Origin: Basidiobolus meristosporus CBS 931.73
Lineage: Eukaryota; Fungi; Basidiobolomycota
DNA length: 42,125 nt
NCBI GenBank assembly: GCA_002104905.1
Contig: MCFE01000722.1
Span: forward strand, 1-42,125
Direction: 5' to 3'
Under the pieces are notes generated by a model. That model did not search any database. It saw only the letters and a program-made list of their open reading frames with translations, and had not been told where the DNA came from. Made by a program: the position numbers and the translations under genes. Positions 20,367-33,122 of this stretch are shown in pieces; the first letter of the stretch is position 1; every line of letters begins with the position of its first letter.

Positions 20367-23157
20367 TTATTGGTTGACCAGATGTTTTTGAATAATCTCC
20401 CAAATCATGCGTTGTCGAATGTACTTCATATGCTTTTGGTGGAAGTCAAACGGTTCGTTGCGGCTGATGTACTCGGCAAACATGCATGTGAAGACCCCGC
20501 AGTCGAACCCATTCTGTTGACTAGGGATGTTCTTGGGCGCGTAGTCTGTCCATTCCGACAGATCCATCGGCTGGCTTAGCTTGTCCATGGATTCTTCTTC
20601 GAGGTAGTGGCGCAGAAGCTAGGGAAGAGTGTGAGTAGAAATGTATGCGCGCGTGATTGTGGGATGGAAATACCTGAAAGCACTGTGGGTTGTTGCCATG
20701 CATCGAGTCGTAATACTCGATCCGCTTTTGCTTGAAGTTGATGATCGCGCAAACCCAATGCATTCCCAGATGAACCGGAATAATAATGTAATCCTTCTTG
20801 AAGATGTTGAACTTGGGGGAAGGGTGAGCACACTGATCAAAAAATGGGCCAGTGTAGATGTGGGCGTTACCTTGCGGCTCCATCGTCGAACCTTCTGGTA
20901 GCCTTTGTCACGAAGTGTGGAGTAAAAGAATGTGTTGAAGACGTGGATTTCCGGATAGCTTGACTGGGACTTTTTAGCTCTCTCCATAATCAGGTTGCCA
21001 TAGAAATTCATAATCTTCGAACGGGGAGGTTAGTAAGCTGGGCAAGATGGGAGAAGTGAGGATCCAGCCTTACCTCGTCATTGAGCCATCTTCCATCTCT
21101 GAGCGTCTCGATGTCAGATCTGCACAGTGTGACATTAAAGCCCTCCACGATTTCCTCAGCGTCAGGACTGAGTGCCCATTCAATCTTGGTCAAAGAAAGA
21201 GTCAGCTACTGTTCTAACAAACACTACTTCAACACAACTCACTGTCTCGTACGCCTCTTCTGACAGTTCCGGAAAGTTGTTTCGCTTTGGCTACACCTTG
21301 GCATTAATAGGGCTGCTGAACCAATCTGAAGAAGTGGACTTACTTGAGCTTTCTTGCGTTGCTCGTCGATCTATGTGGAGTGGGTTAGTCCGGGCAACAA
21401 GAAGAGTACTACACTTAAAACTAACCAGCTGATCCATCAGCAAATCTTGCTGCTTCAATCTGTCGAAGGTCGGGGTGAATGGACGATCCTCCGGCGGTTT
21501 ACTATCATGCATGGAGGAATGAATAAACTTCCTGGGAATCAGCCATGTAGATGAATCTTACAACAAATGCGCCTTTTCAATGCGCTCCCGGAGGCTCTTC
21601 AGCCACTCCTCCTCTCCCCAAGAATCCAGCCTCGAAGGGAGGTTCTGTGTGAAGGTAATCAATGACTGGAACCCACAGTGGTCAGTAGAAATGGGCTGTG
21701 TACCTTCATGGGAGAACTTTGGATCGCATTGGATTTTTGCTTGGCTTTCGTCGAGTGATTAGAGGTGGAAATATAGAATGAGCAATCACGAAGGCCGCTC
21801 TTACCTGGTAGACTTTGAGGTTTTGCACCAATTGAGGCCTCATATACTTGCTTGGCATAATCAGTAAAGACTGAAGGAATCGGGTAAGTGACAATTCCAT
21901 TCATCATCTAGGGACTCTGAAATTACCGGCATACTCCCGCTCGTTTCCTAAATAGCCTATTTCACGCAACTGTCAGCGGGAATTCTAGGGAACGGATCGT
22001 CTCAAGGCTACTCACCTAATTCCTTGGCCTGAGAGAAAGGCACACAAGCCTGGAGCATCTCGCGAGTGATCGTCTTGACATGCTTCCGCCGCTATGCAAG
22101 GGTTAATTGTACGCTCATTGACATGGCATATCGATTTAGGCATTACCCTATCTTCAAACAAGGGTGATTTTCTAGACTTCCTGGCGCTATTTCTGGCGAG
22201 CGCTCGGCGAACACTGCCTGGCCTCCGGCGATATGTCGAACGCACGAAAGGGGACTGCAACGAACTCTCGGGTACATCGTCATCCGAGTCATCGATGAGA
22301 ATGGGCTGTGTAGGGTCATTGAGTGGTGACCGGCTGCGGGTCGGGCGGAGGTGTGAATTAATTAGGGGTTTGTTTTGGCTTGTAGTGCCTAGTGGCGCAA
22401 AAATATGAGCAGGGAATCGCCTCTCATATGAACATCACGACCCACCTATATCAGATCTACAGGGGAATCCGTCCTCCTCCAACACAGCATTCTTCAGCTC
22501 ATCAATCGAAATGGATCTCTCGGAAAATTCCTCGTCGGACTCGCTATAAATAAGGGTAGTTTCAAACTTGGGGGATAGGTCGGTATTGTATACCAGCCCA
22601 TTCGAGATAGGCTTCGACTCGCTCACGAGTATCGGAGACAGGTGATCAAAGAGGTCTTTTTGCCTTTTGCCATCTGCAATTTGTCCAATGCTAAGTATCA
22701 GGTCGACCATGCCTTATCCAACAAACGGTTGCTTTACCTTCGACAAAAAATATGTTCTCTTCCTCCATCGTCGGGGAGATATCTAATGCGTCTGGAACCT
22801 CTCCTGGTTTGGGGTCAACTTCAGTGAGACCTTTAACAGATCAGACTCGGAGTTACGGAAATGAACCTTACCATCAGTAGTTTCCGGGCTCGGATCTTGG
22901 GGAGCTGTTTTCTGGTCGTGGGCCAGGTTGGGGGAGGCATTTGACCCGCTGACCCAAGAAAAGAAGCGACTGGCCACGTCGACAAAAACCGAGAGCAGCC
23001 TTCTTTTGGGCGGGTGCTCGGTCTCGGGTGAGTATAGAGGATCCGGCGCGAAATCATCCTCTTCTTCGCGTCCTCGTTTCAGTCTGGAGTCGGATCCATT
23101 CATGTCCAACAAGTCGGCAGGGTTGCAAACACGTCTCGACGTGTGTAGAGCTTCCAT
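20367..23157 (-). CDS. ULP1: SUMO protease, Ulp1/SENP family (peptidase C48), multi-exon with a long low-complexity N-terminus
   Basis: The catalytic-domain exons read WLNDEV/INFY, IHVFNTFFY, IIIPVHLGMHWVCAIINFKQKRIEYYDSM and QQNGFDCGVFTC (His-Asp-Cys triad). The start codon and N-terminal exon structure are less certain. Confidence 0.9.
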
Positions 23158-23771
23158 ATTGCTATAGAACGGGGGTACCACGTGAACGGGATGGTGGTTA
23201 GGGAATCGGTATCAGGATGCTTAGGATAAAAAAGAGGGAGCGAAAGGTGGCTGAGAGTGAGAGCTATTTGCGTAGGGTAAGCAAACCAAGGAGAAATTAT
23301 TACAAACTAGCAAAACTCTAAAGGCGGGAATGGTGTTTAATCAAAGAGTTTACCTAAAAAACTTTATAACCTTGAATTGAGGATAAAGTAAATTCAGGGA
23401 GCGGCGACCTCGCCAATCATTGGTATACAATGGACCAACGGGATGATTCCTTCATTTCCTTTCATTTCCTTTCATACCCCTTAAATGGATGATTCGGTGA
23501 TTGAACACAATCAATTATATAAGGAATCTGCGCAGGTGAACGCTTGATCAAATGCTAATGATTGTTTTGATGCGAATTCGCCAGCAAAATATCCACATCT
23601 TCGCCAGTGCGCAGTGATTTGCAGAGAATGCATGGAGTTCATCTTTCCTAGTTTATTTGACCATCGCGGGTTGGTCGACTGATTTTACAACAATAATATC
23701 GCCAGAAAAGTAGGGAAATGGGAAATGGGAAGCGGGCAATAACGGGAAGTAACGGGGTAGTAACGGGCTGT

Positions 23772-26700
23772 CTAATAGAATTGACGGATGCGTCTTTGAA
23801 GTTCGTGGAATTTGTTTACCAGTGTGGAGTTCGTGGTGGCCAGACTGACCAGATATTTGCTGATCGACTCATCGATGAACTTGGCTGGGAGCGGCTCCTT
23901 GTCTTCCGAAAGGGCGGCTTGCTTGTCCGAATCGATCCACTCATTCATCAGCAGGTGGATCTCCTCCAGCAGGAACTCCATGGAGCTGGGTGTTTGCCAA
24001 GGAGGAAGCTTGGTCTCGAACATCGAGTGGAAAATCTCGAGCATGGAGCCGTATGGGACACCAATGCTGTGGAGTGTGCGGACCACCCAGCCGGGCTCGG
24101 CCTCGCTTTGATATTGGAGATTGTACTTCTCGAGGAGGTCGCAAATCTTCGTGAGCGGGAACACGTTGGATGATGGATAGTATCTTTTGCCAATTTCTTT
24201 GATCTTCTGGCTCATCGCTTGGTTGGGTTGGATCCGGCCTTCCGTCACTGCGTTCTCGTGTGTCTGGCGAATGATCTCTGCCCAGATTTGTGCGATGTAC
24301 TCTTGGTCGTAGTAGTTGGAGGTGTAGAAGATAAGAAGCATGGACTCGTAGAGTCTAAGAGGGAACGCGTATTGGTTGTATAGCTGGGTGACATCAAAGA
24401 GCTTGGTATCCAGCTCAGCAAGGGCCTCGGGGTGTGCCCCGCTACGCTGGATGGCATGATAAATGTCCATTTGCACTTGGGCCACCTCGAGCTTCTCCTC
24501 CAATTCATGCAAGAACTGGATTCCGTCCTCTCTGCTGATACCAGGGGCGAAGCTCTTTGCATTACCCACTGCACGTGAGAGGTACTCGATCCGGTCCGAA
24601 AGGGTCAGGGCAAACTCTGTCGAATCGGCCAATCTGCTTTGGACTCTGGCTGCTAGCCCGTAATGGCCAGCTCTAACATAGTATTGCCAGAGCAGGTCTA
24701 GCTTCTCCAGGGTAAGTGGCTCTCTTTGAAGATAATCCTCGAGGTAAGGTGTTTGCACTTCCAACAGCTGTTGAACAAGGCCTTGGGCAATGTACCAATC
24801 GTAAAGCTGGAAATGGAACAGAATGTCATCCGATGATAGCGCCTTTTGGAACACCTGGGCTCTGAATATCTCGTTGTCTTGGAGAGTTATCTCGGAGTCT
24901 TCGGCCGAGAGTTTTGTTTGCTGGTACAGGGAGTTGGCGGCGAGCAATGTGGAGAACACACACTCATAGCATCTGATGCGCTTCTTGTAGAACTCCATTC
25001 GGAAGTCGGATGAGGGGGCATTGTCCTGGAAGAAGGAGATTGCGTAGCCCGCTGGATCCTGCTCCTTGGCGCATGTTAGTCCAAGTTCGACGGCGCCCAT
25101 GTGGAATCTCAACAGCTTGAATTCTTCACAGATTTCCTGAAGCTTGATGAGCGGGAGATGCTTAGCTACTCTGTTGAAAAGTCGGAGAGATTCTCTCAAA
25201 AGGGATAGTCGCTCTTCGATCTCGTTGGTGGCCTTGGCGTGTCTCAAATGCTCGATGGCCTTGAAGAGAGTGACATCGTCGACGGTGCAGAAGGATCCGC
25301 AGCGCTTTTGCAGTAAATCGCTAACCGCCTCGACGCTAATGTGCTGGTTGGCTTGCTTGTCGATTACAGCGGCGACCAGGTCTCTACGGAGCTCACGGCC
25401 CTTGACGGAGATCAAGAAATTCTCAAAGGTAAGCTCCAAAAGCTGCTCTTGAGTAGAGCTGGGCACACCTTGCACAATGTCTGACAATCTGTAGTCCAAA
25501 AGCAGGGAAATGAATGAAATGGCCTCGAAGCACTGTGTCAACAGTTCCTGCATGGTGTGTAGGGATTGTTGCTCCATCTGCCAAGCCTCGGCCTCTCTGC
25601 GTCCGGCCTGAAGGTCTGAGAAGATGAATTGTGAGGAGTCAGGTCTCGAGGCAAACTGAGGGTTCGCTTCCAGGAAGTCTCTGAGTGAAGCAAGGTTCTG
25701 TTGGATTGAAGTCAACACTGAAATGGAAACTGCAGTATCATAATCGTGGCCAACTTTGACAATGAATGGCTTCTTCCAAATGGGGTTGACGAGTCGGGCC
25801 AAATAAAGCGCGAGACCGTCATGGCGACCGCTGTAGATAGGCTCAGGAGTGAACAATGGTCTGCCGACGTCGTTGCTAGTGATGATGCTCGACTGCATGT
25901 CCACGAGAATTGGCTTTCCGCCATATTCGAAGAACACTTTTTGCGCGCTGGAGACGCTGCTCTGGCTTCTGTTAAGCTGAGAGCTCATAAGGCTGTCGAA
26001 CCCAGCGACACTGACGGACGGGTGCCCGCAAATAATGGCCAAGCACATGGCGCAGACTTGAGATCTGCCGTAGTTTTCAATGAACGCCAAAATGTCGGCT
26101 TCTTGGGTGGATGGACTGGTCAGGAGTTGGTTCAGGATGTCGATCGGACGTTGCTTGACGAACATGTTAATCCCGGAGTTGGTCAAGACGAGGAACCGTC
26201 TGGGTGGATAGGCGAGCTGTGTCGCTAGTTCATTCAGCACGCGCTCGTCGTCGTTCCCAATTTGCTCGAATGGATTGTCGATTTCGGCGATCGCCCATGT
26301 CTTGCCCTCGATGGTGTTGGATCCGTGGAACTCGACCAGTGGTCCGCGCTGGCTTTGGATCCCTGCTTGGCTAATTTTCCCGGAATCAGGGGCCATGCCC
26401 ATAAGTGAGTCCATCTCATCACTGACCGAGTTGGCAGCTAGAAGCACGCCACTCGAGTAGGAGGTAACATGGATGTTGGAGACACTGAGGCTGCGATTGA
26501 ATTCGCCAATGGTCTTGGGAGTAGTCTCCAGGCTAGGGGGGAGTCGTACGTGTAGGAGCTCCAGGCCGGTGGGAGCCTTGAGGTCGTTGCGCAAAACAGC
26601 GCCAACCCCGCGGAAATCGCGCTTGTGGTGGGTGAAATAGAGACGGCAACCTTGAATGGGGTTTGGTTACCACGAGTGCATGTCAGGAGGAATCGGACCA

Positions 26701-28214
26701 GATGCTTACCAGTCGAAGTAATAGCTACAAGGTTGATCAGCTTCGACTCCGAGGGATAGACAGGATGTAGGGACACTATCTGGAAACTTCTGTAGTCCAG
26801 CAATGGAGAGGTGGAACACAATTGAGAGGCGTACTGGCAGATGTTGGTCACCTTGGCCACTCTCTCGAACTGAGCTCCATCTTGGCCAAGAAATATGATC
26901 TAGCGCGTGGTTCAGTGTGAGCTGCGAGATATGAGGCCCAGCTTAGTGATTAGAGTAAATACCTCGATGTTGGATCGCTTGGTCAGAGCATACAGGGTAT
27001 TCTTCGTTTCATCCATGGTGATGTACACAATGGGATCTAATTGGAGTGGGTGAGTCGCGATCAACGATGCATCGCATTAGCAAGAACAACAAACCCTCGG
27101 GCGACTTTAGGAAGGTTGGAATGAAGGTAGGTACAAGGGAGGAATAGGGGGAGGATGTGTGGTTGATCTTTCGGCACTTCTTCGTGAACCAGCCCTCTTC
27201 GCCCTGGCGGCATTATGGCTTAGTTTGTGCAGCAGAACACGCGCGGGATGTGAGAAACATACCTGGTAGACAAGCTCATAGATATGCCCATCGTTTCCGC
27301 ACATAAATATACGGGCATTCTTGGTGCTAACAATGGATGTCATGCTAACATTGTCCGAAGGAATAGCCATCAACGTTCTGTATAGCGTCAGATCGGTGGA
27401 GATGCGCTCGTGGCTAGAGATCTGTGTCGAGCCCTGAGAGATCGACAAGCCGAGCAGAATGATCTCCAGAGGAGTGGCTAGCACGAGAACATACTGGACC
27501 TCCTCCACAAATATTCCTAAGGTAATGGTTCGGTGTGAGCATATCGAGTTTTCCGAAGCACTTTGCTTACAAGGCAATTACCTGGCTTGGCTTTTGCCAA
27601 ACCAACGCTGACAATAATCTGATCCTGGTCCTCGAAAGTGTAGAAGTCGTTGCTTTGAATTTCCAAACAAGTCAATTAGCTGCACAGGTGCGCTGAGTAT
27701 TGGGGACCGAGTAGTTACCCATCCTGATAATTCCACAAAAATAATCTATGATCCACAGTAATCCAGGCTCGATTGATTTCAGGAAAGAGGCCCATGAAGC
27801 ATCTGCATTGCAGCACTATCAAGTAGATTAGAAAAGCAAACGCCAGAAAACATGGAAATATAGCCTTACAATCATACTGCTCAAACAAAGCATTCGGGAG
27901 AGTGATGATTCTTTTCCTCTGGAACAACTGCCAGCCAAGAGTTTGTGGTTGCGAATATTCGCCGGAAGAAGAGGCTAAAGGATGGAAATGGGTAAATATA
28001 AAGAGGAGCTCGAAGTGAATGGCAGTAGAAACATACAGCTAAGCAGATCTGCCAATTCAGGGAATTTGATGTCGCTGATCAACTGCGCATCCAAGGCCTT
28101 TGCTGCAGTGTTCAACATATTGTGATAGGCCTCAGCAGAGGTGGCGTTGATAGCTGGGTTAAGGGGCAATTCGGAAGCCTGTAGCTGATCCACATCGAAC
28201 ATTGACTGCACCAT
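23772..28214 (-). CDS. NUP170: Nucleoporin Nup170/Nup155, multi-exon
   Basis: N-terminal exons read CFMGLFPEINRAWITVDHRLFLWNY, VLVLATPLEIILLG and ARIFMCGNDGHIYEL. A large last exon carries YSGRHDGLALYLARL and LSDRIEYLSRAVGNAKS. The exact start is tentative. Confidence 0.92.
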
Positions 28215-28534
28215 AATGAGAAAGTAGTGGCAGGCGCAACCCTAGAGTCTAACAAACCACCAATATAGACGAAGTACACTTAAAGTTCGTAGTTTTTTGT
28301 TTACCTGGAATCATGTTTCGTAAGATTTTTCTTTTTTTCGTTGGATTCGCGCGTCGACACCACGAACAATGGATCCGACTAATCCCACAACAATTCCATC
28401 CTGCATTATTTTGGTCATACCCACTTACCCCTAGGATCATGATCAGTCGACAAAAAATTTTGAATTTTCTCCTAGTCAGTGGTTGAATCGCCGAACGGCT
28501 GTTGTTTGACCACCCACTGCTTCCTCGCCCCACA

Positions 28535-28980
28535 ATGAATCCTCTACAGCGCCAAGAATTCGTCTCTCTCTATAGAACCTTTCTCCGTCTTGCTGCCAAA
28601 TGGCCCGCTGACCCTATCCGACCCACCAGAAACTTCCGCACCTCGTTGCATTCGCGTCTCATGGAAGACTTCCGTAAGCCACTGAACGCCGCCACCGAGA
28701 GCGAAGTCGAAGCCACTCTCCAAGAAGCCAGAAGCCAGCTGGCCGCCTTGAAAAACGTTCTTGGAAATACGTACAAACAGGAGGTTGGGTTATTGCGTAG
28801 TTCACCGTGTAGAGACGTCTTGGCTAACTTTCCTCTATTCCACAGAATACACTTTCGGAAGCTATGCTAACCCCTGCTGGCAATCCCAAATACTACGAGC
28901 GGCTCTTGGCTAGCCTCGACGCCTTGAGCAAAGCAGAAAAGGATCCAAGGGGCTTTTTCGCTCGCCTCTTTGGTCGTTAA
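28535..28980 (+). CDS. CBP6: Complex III assembly factor Cbp6/UQCC2-like; 2 exons 28535-28783 and 28846-28980
   Basis: Spliced product MNPLQRQEFVSLYRTFLRLAAKWPADPIRP...LKNVLGNTYKQE/NTLSEAMLTPAGNPKYYERLLASL...FFARLFGR. The WP-x-D-P-x-RP and P-x-x-NP-x-YY motifs match fungal Cbp6 as I recall the family. Confidence 0.75.
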
Positions 28981-29212
28981 GTAGTCTAGATGCACTTACA
29001 AGCTCATATCATGCCTTGAAAATCTCTATTGCACATATGTACAATTCTACTTCATTCATCACCCAAGCACTAAACTCCTTTCGAGAGCATTTACTTTTTA
29101 ATCTCTGTATCATCTGAGATATCCTGTGTACTCCAAAGTTATGGGTTATACTGAGTTAATTTTATTATAAAACTTCGTATGCTACACAGGGGCAATATCA
29201 CCCACTTTAATG

Positions 29213-29630
29213 TTACTCGCTGTCGGGAAGGAAAACCTCGGACTTCTTTTCCTCCGTTTTCTCCAGGTTATCTTGAATGATGCGGCACTGCTTGAAGCTA
29301 GCAGTTGTAAACAAGTAGGCGCTTAATGCGGTCGTACCTGAGGTGGCCAAACGAGTTAGTATTGCTTCCAATACTCCGCAGGGGGATAAAGCTCATACCG
29401 AAAGTAGAGAGATACAGTGTGTTGCGAGGGAATTTGAAGACACTCTTGCCAAGTAAACCAGAGATGGTCAAGGCACATAGGCCGAAGAGCACCCCATCGA
29501 GCATGGCGCGTCTCTGGCACTCTCTAAGAGAAGCCAAATGCTAACGGACGAGTCAGAAACAAACCATACAAGAAAGCTAAAGTATGCTGACCGGATATTT
29601 CTCAGCTATTTCGCGGTTAATGCTGGACAT
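29213..29630 (-). CDS. Small two-TM protein, TMEM141-like (101 aa); 3 exons 29630-29592, 29540-29399, 29337-29213
   Basis: Clean GT..AG splicing gives MSSINREIAEKYPHLASLRECQRRAMLDGVLFGLCALTISGLLGKSVFKFPRNTLYLSTFGTTALSAYLFTTASFKQCRIIQDNLEKTEEKKSEVFLPDSE. It has two hydrophobic helices flanked by two Cys, resembling recalled animal TMEM141. Confidence 0.65.
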
Positions 29631-29925
29631 GGTGGCGATGACAAGTTTAAAGCTGAGACGGAGAGCTTTCAACTCGATTTAATGCCAGGTTGATTAAAAT
29701 CCGATAAATATTGTTTTGACCCCAGGGAACGAAACATGGGGCAATTATTGATGTTTGATTAGAATGTGCTCCTTGCTGATCGTACCAGTTTAGCCTTGAT
29801 GCCACCGGATGAATCGATATGAAACGTTGCTACTTCGCCACAGTCACTTGAAGTATAAAATTCCAAAAGTGAGTGGGAACGCCTACCCCCTCCCACTGTC
29901 CCGTTTAGCCATTTGCTCTGGTCTC

Positions 29926-30591
29926 ATGTTTCGGGCGCTCGCTTATCTTTGCTTGTTCTTTGGGTGCCTTCTTACTTTCACCGATGCCTTCTACAACCAG
30001 AATATTGCATGTGGCTGGCCAGATATCACAAGATATGAGTGCATGAGGCGAACTGGGTGTCAATGGTCGCCAGTGTATGGTACTGGGTACTCGGGGTATT
30101 CTTGCTTCTATCCCCCGCTGGAGGTAAGTGTAAGGGCTCGCTGCGGCCCCGAGTCAATCACTCTGTACGAGTGCACCCATGATAGAAGCTGCTTGTATGA
30201 GGAATCCAAAACGGGAAATCCATCTTGCTTTCACAAGAAACCACCTGCTGGTTCTAGCGCTACTGATCAGAGCATTGATTGTGGTTTCCCTGAGATGCAA
30301 GCCACAGAATGCCCAATCGACTCGGGTTGTCAGTGGTCACCCGGCAATGGATTGAATTGGTGCTATTTCCCGAGAGATAAGCTTATCAATCAAAGGACAA
30401 CCCCATGCGGAAACCAAGCTTCAAGAGTGGAATGCACGAAGGTAAACAAGTGTCTCTTTGATACTCTAGCTACGGGAAGCGCTACCACATGCTTCTACAA
30501 CCCCGGTGGAAAGCCCAAGCCGGATATACCAGAGGGGTTCGAGGCTGTTGAGACCTCAACGCAGTCCGTGTCAGAGACCGTAAATGTTTAG
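29926..30591 (+). CDS. Secreted Cys-rich protein with four trefoil (P-domain)-like repeats (221 aa)
   Basis: Signal-peptide-like MFRALAYLCLFFGCLLTFTDA is followed by four repeats of C-G-x-P-x-I-T-x-x-E-C-x5-C-x-(W/F/Y)-x8-12-C-(F/Y)-(Y/F/H). Intronless. Confidence 0.75.
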   Translation: MFRALAYLCLFFGCLLTFTDAFYNQNIACGWPDITRYECMRRTGCQWSPVYGTGYSGYSCFYPPLEVSVRARCGPESITLYECTHDRSCLYEESKTGNPSCFHKKPPAGSSATDQSIDCGFPEMQATECPIDSGCQWSPGNGLNWCYFPRDKLINQRTTPCGNQASRVECTKVNKCLFDTLATGSATTCFYNPGGKPKPDIPEGFEAVETSTQSVSETVNV

Positions 30592-30783
30592 GCTGCTTCA
30601 CGTTGGCTTTTAAGATAATTCTTAAGTAAACCCTCTGGCTGGTTGTATTCTGCTTTAATGCTTGCTTGTTCTGGTTTTTAATACAAATGAGTGTAGGCAC
30701 TCAGGGAAGGTGCCCAGAGATTGATTTAAAGGTTACATATAAACTACATGCGCTAGAATTACGAAATGCTTCTCCACATGTTA

Positions 30784-31342
30784 TTAGTTTGCACCGATTA
30801 CTAGCACCAACACAAAAAGACTGATCAGTAGGGCAATAATACCTACAGTACCGCCTATGACTATTCCTCTACTAGCGGGAAACTTGCCTTGCGTCATAAG
30901 AGATTGAGCATGGAAATAACGAATAAGGGCAAAGAAGGTAAAGCATATCCCAAACACTATGAAGGAGGCGCCGATTGGAATACCGGCATTATGATGGGAT
31001 TTACTGTTGGAATCCTTGGTTGGCAAACGGAAAAGTTGAGCGATGGCAACACCAACAGTAATCAGAGAAAGCGAAGTACGAATCCAAGCGAGAAAAGTAC
31101 GTTCATTTGCTAAACAAGGGTGCTTTAGGGGATGTGCTACAATGGATAGCTCACAAGAAGATTAGAACCATACCTAAATGGTCGCGAGCAACGCTGCCTT
31201 TATTTTCAAGCAACAAGCTTGGGTTTAGACGTGACCAAAGACTCCTTTTATCATTGTTAGAAGAGTTAGACGGATTCGGAGAGGCCTGTTGGTTAGACTC
31301 TCTCAAGGCAGTATTTCTCTTCCGTACGTCTGATTCAGTCAT
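30784..31342 (-). CDS. DUF202 / YidH-like three-TM membrane protein (164 aa); 2 exons 31342-31174 and 31109-30784
   Basis: Splicing joins GSVARDHL to ANERTFLAWIRTSLSLITVGVAIAQLF, the DUF202 signature, followed by two more hydrophobic helices. Confidence 0.88.
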
Positions 31343-31652
31343 GAGTAAGATGGTCGGAAGCAGAGGCGTAAGGGGTTTTTAAAGAAGGCCATGAGGAATT
31401 TTTATGATGTGACTTTGTTTAATTATGGTAATTCACCGGAAGGTTTTATCCAATTGGCCAGAACTTTATTCCTTGATTGACTAATAGATCAGATATTTTC
31501 ATTCCAATGTGACTCAAACAGGGAGCTGTGTTCACCAGGGGATCCAAAGTTGCTACGAAATACATGTGCTCAGAATTGAGTTTGGTGGTGAAATAGCGTG
31601 ATACGGAACTGAGCACCCACGCGATGAATGTTCGACGGATTTTGCTTGATTC

Positions 31653-33122
31653 CTACAATTTCAAGCCCTTTGCCACCCGCTCTCCGAACTCAGCATTCGC
31701 CTTGCGGAAGATCTCTAGTTGACGCTTCTGAATAGCTGGTTTCGCATTCTTCAAGTGGCCAACAATGTTGCTGACCAATCGGGCCTTCCCATCGTCGGAC
31801 TGCACTTGGTACAACCCGCCCGCCTGCACGTAGTCGTCATCTACGGCTGGTACTACAAATCGATCAACGGCTCCGTGGACTTTGTCCTTGTTGTTGGTCA
31901 CTGGATATGATTTCCCATGAATATGAAGCTGCTTTGGAGTTCCTTCGAAGATACTGTTTGGCTCGTAGTTGGGTGCGTCGCCAAAGTTGCCGTTGACAGT
32001 CATGAAGCCATCACGTTGGTGATGGAAGACGGGGCATCGGGGTTGATTGATGGGGATCTGAGTGAAATTAGAACCTAAGCGATACCGATGGGCGTCCGGA
32101 TAGGCGAAGAGACGCCCCTGCAACATTTTGTCGACGGATGGCTCGATCCCAGGGACCATGTTGGAGGGCGAGAATGCCGCTTGTTCGGTATCGGCAAAAT
32201 AGTTGTCCGGGTTCTTGTTCAACACCATCTTACCCACCTCTTGAAGTGGGAAGTCTTTATGGGGCCACACTTTGGTCACATCGAATGGGTCCCAGCGATA
32301 GCTGGCTGCTTGTTCCGGCTCCATCACCTGCAGGTGAACTGTCCACGACGGGAAGTCGCCTTTCTCAATTGCTTGGAACAAGTCCTCCGTTCCGTAATCG
32401 GGGTTCTCCCCTGACATTTTGACCGCCTCCTCATCAGTAAAGTTTTGAATGCCCTGATCGGTTTTGAAGTGCCATTTGACATACTTGAATTCCCCTTGGC
32501 CATTGACTAGCTTCAGAGTATGCCCGTAGTAGCCGTTCATGTGACGGAAGCCTTTCGGAGTACCGCGGTCGGAAAACAGGATCATCACTTGGTGGATCGA
32601 CTCGGGCGTTAAGCTCAAGAAGTCCCAAAACGCGTCGGGATCCTTCAGATGGGTTTTAGGGTTGCGCTTTTGTGTATGAATGAAGTCGGGGAATTTGATG
32701 GGGTCGCGAATGAAAAAGATTGGAGTGTTGTTGCCAACCATATCCCAGTTGCCCTCTTCTGTATAGAATTTGACCGCAAAGCCGCGTGGGTCGCGTGCCG
32801 AGTCTGAGGATCCACTCTCTCCGCCAACTGTCGAGAACCGAGTAAATACAGGTGTGCGCTTCCCAACCTTGGAAAGGAACTTGGCTTTGGTAAGGTGCGA
32901 AACATCCTTTGTCACCTCGAAGTAACCGTGGGCCCCCGCGCCTTTTGCATGGACAACACGCTCGGGGATCCGCTCACGATTGAAATGAGCCAGCTTGTCG
33001 ATGTAATGGAAATCCTGGATGACCACTGGTCCTTTCTCACCAGCAGTCATCGTGTGCTGATTATCATCAACGGGGTTACCGTTGGAGGTGGTCATGTTTG
33101 GCTCTGGGTTGTACTGGGTCAT
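31653..33122 (-). CDS. CAT: Monofunctional heme catalase, small-subunit type, intronless
   Basis: [17 protein letters not shown] (distal His), [23 protein letters not shown] and [18 protein letters not shown] (proximal Tyr). The start is taken at MTQYN (33122). Confidence 0.97.
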   Translation of the reverse strand: MTQYNPEPNMTTSNGNPVDDNQHTMTAGEKGPVVIQDFHYIDKLAHFNRERIPERVVHAKGAGAHGYFEVTKDVSHLTKAKFLSKVGKRTPVFTRFSTVGGESGSSDSARDPRGFAVKFYTEEGNWDMVGNNTPIFFIRDPIKFPDFIHTQKRNPKTHLKDPDAFWDFLSLTPESIHQVMILFSDRGTPKGFRHMNGYYGHTLKLVNGQGEFKYVKWHFKTDQGIQNFTDEEAVKMSGENPDYGTEDLFQAIEKGDFPSWTVHLQVMEPEQAASYRWDPFDVTKVWPHKDFPLQEVGKMVLNKNPDNYFADTEQAAFSPSNMVPGIEPSVDKMLQGRLFAYPDAHRYRLGSNFTQIPINQPRCPVFHHQRDGFMTVNGNFGDAPNYEPNSIFEGTPKQLHIHGKSYPVTNNKDKVHGAVDRFVVPAVDDDYVQAGGLYQVQSDDGKARLVSNIVGHLKNAKPAIQKRQLEIFRKANAEFGERVAKGLKL

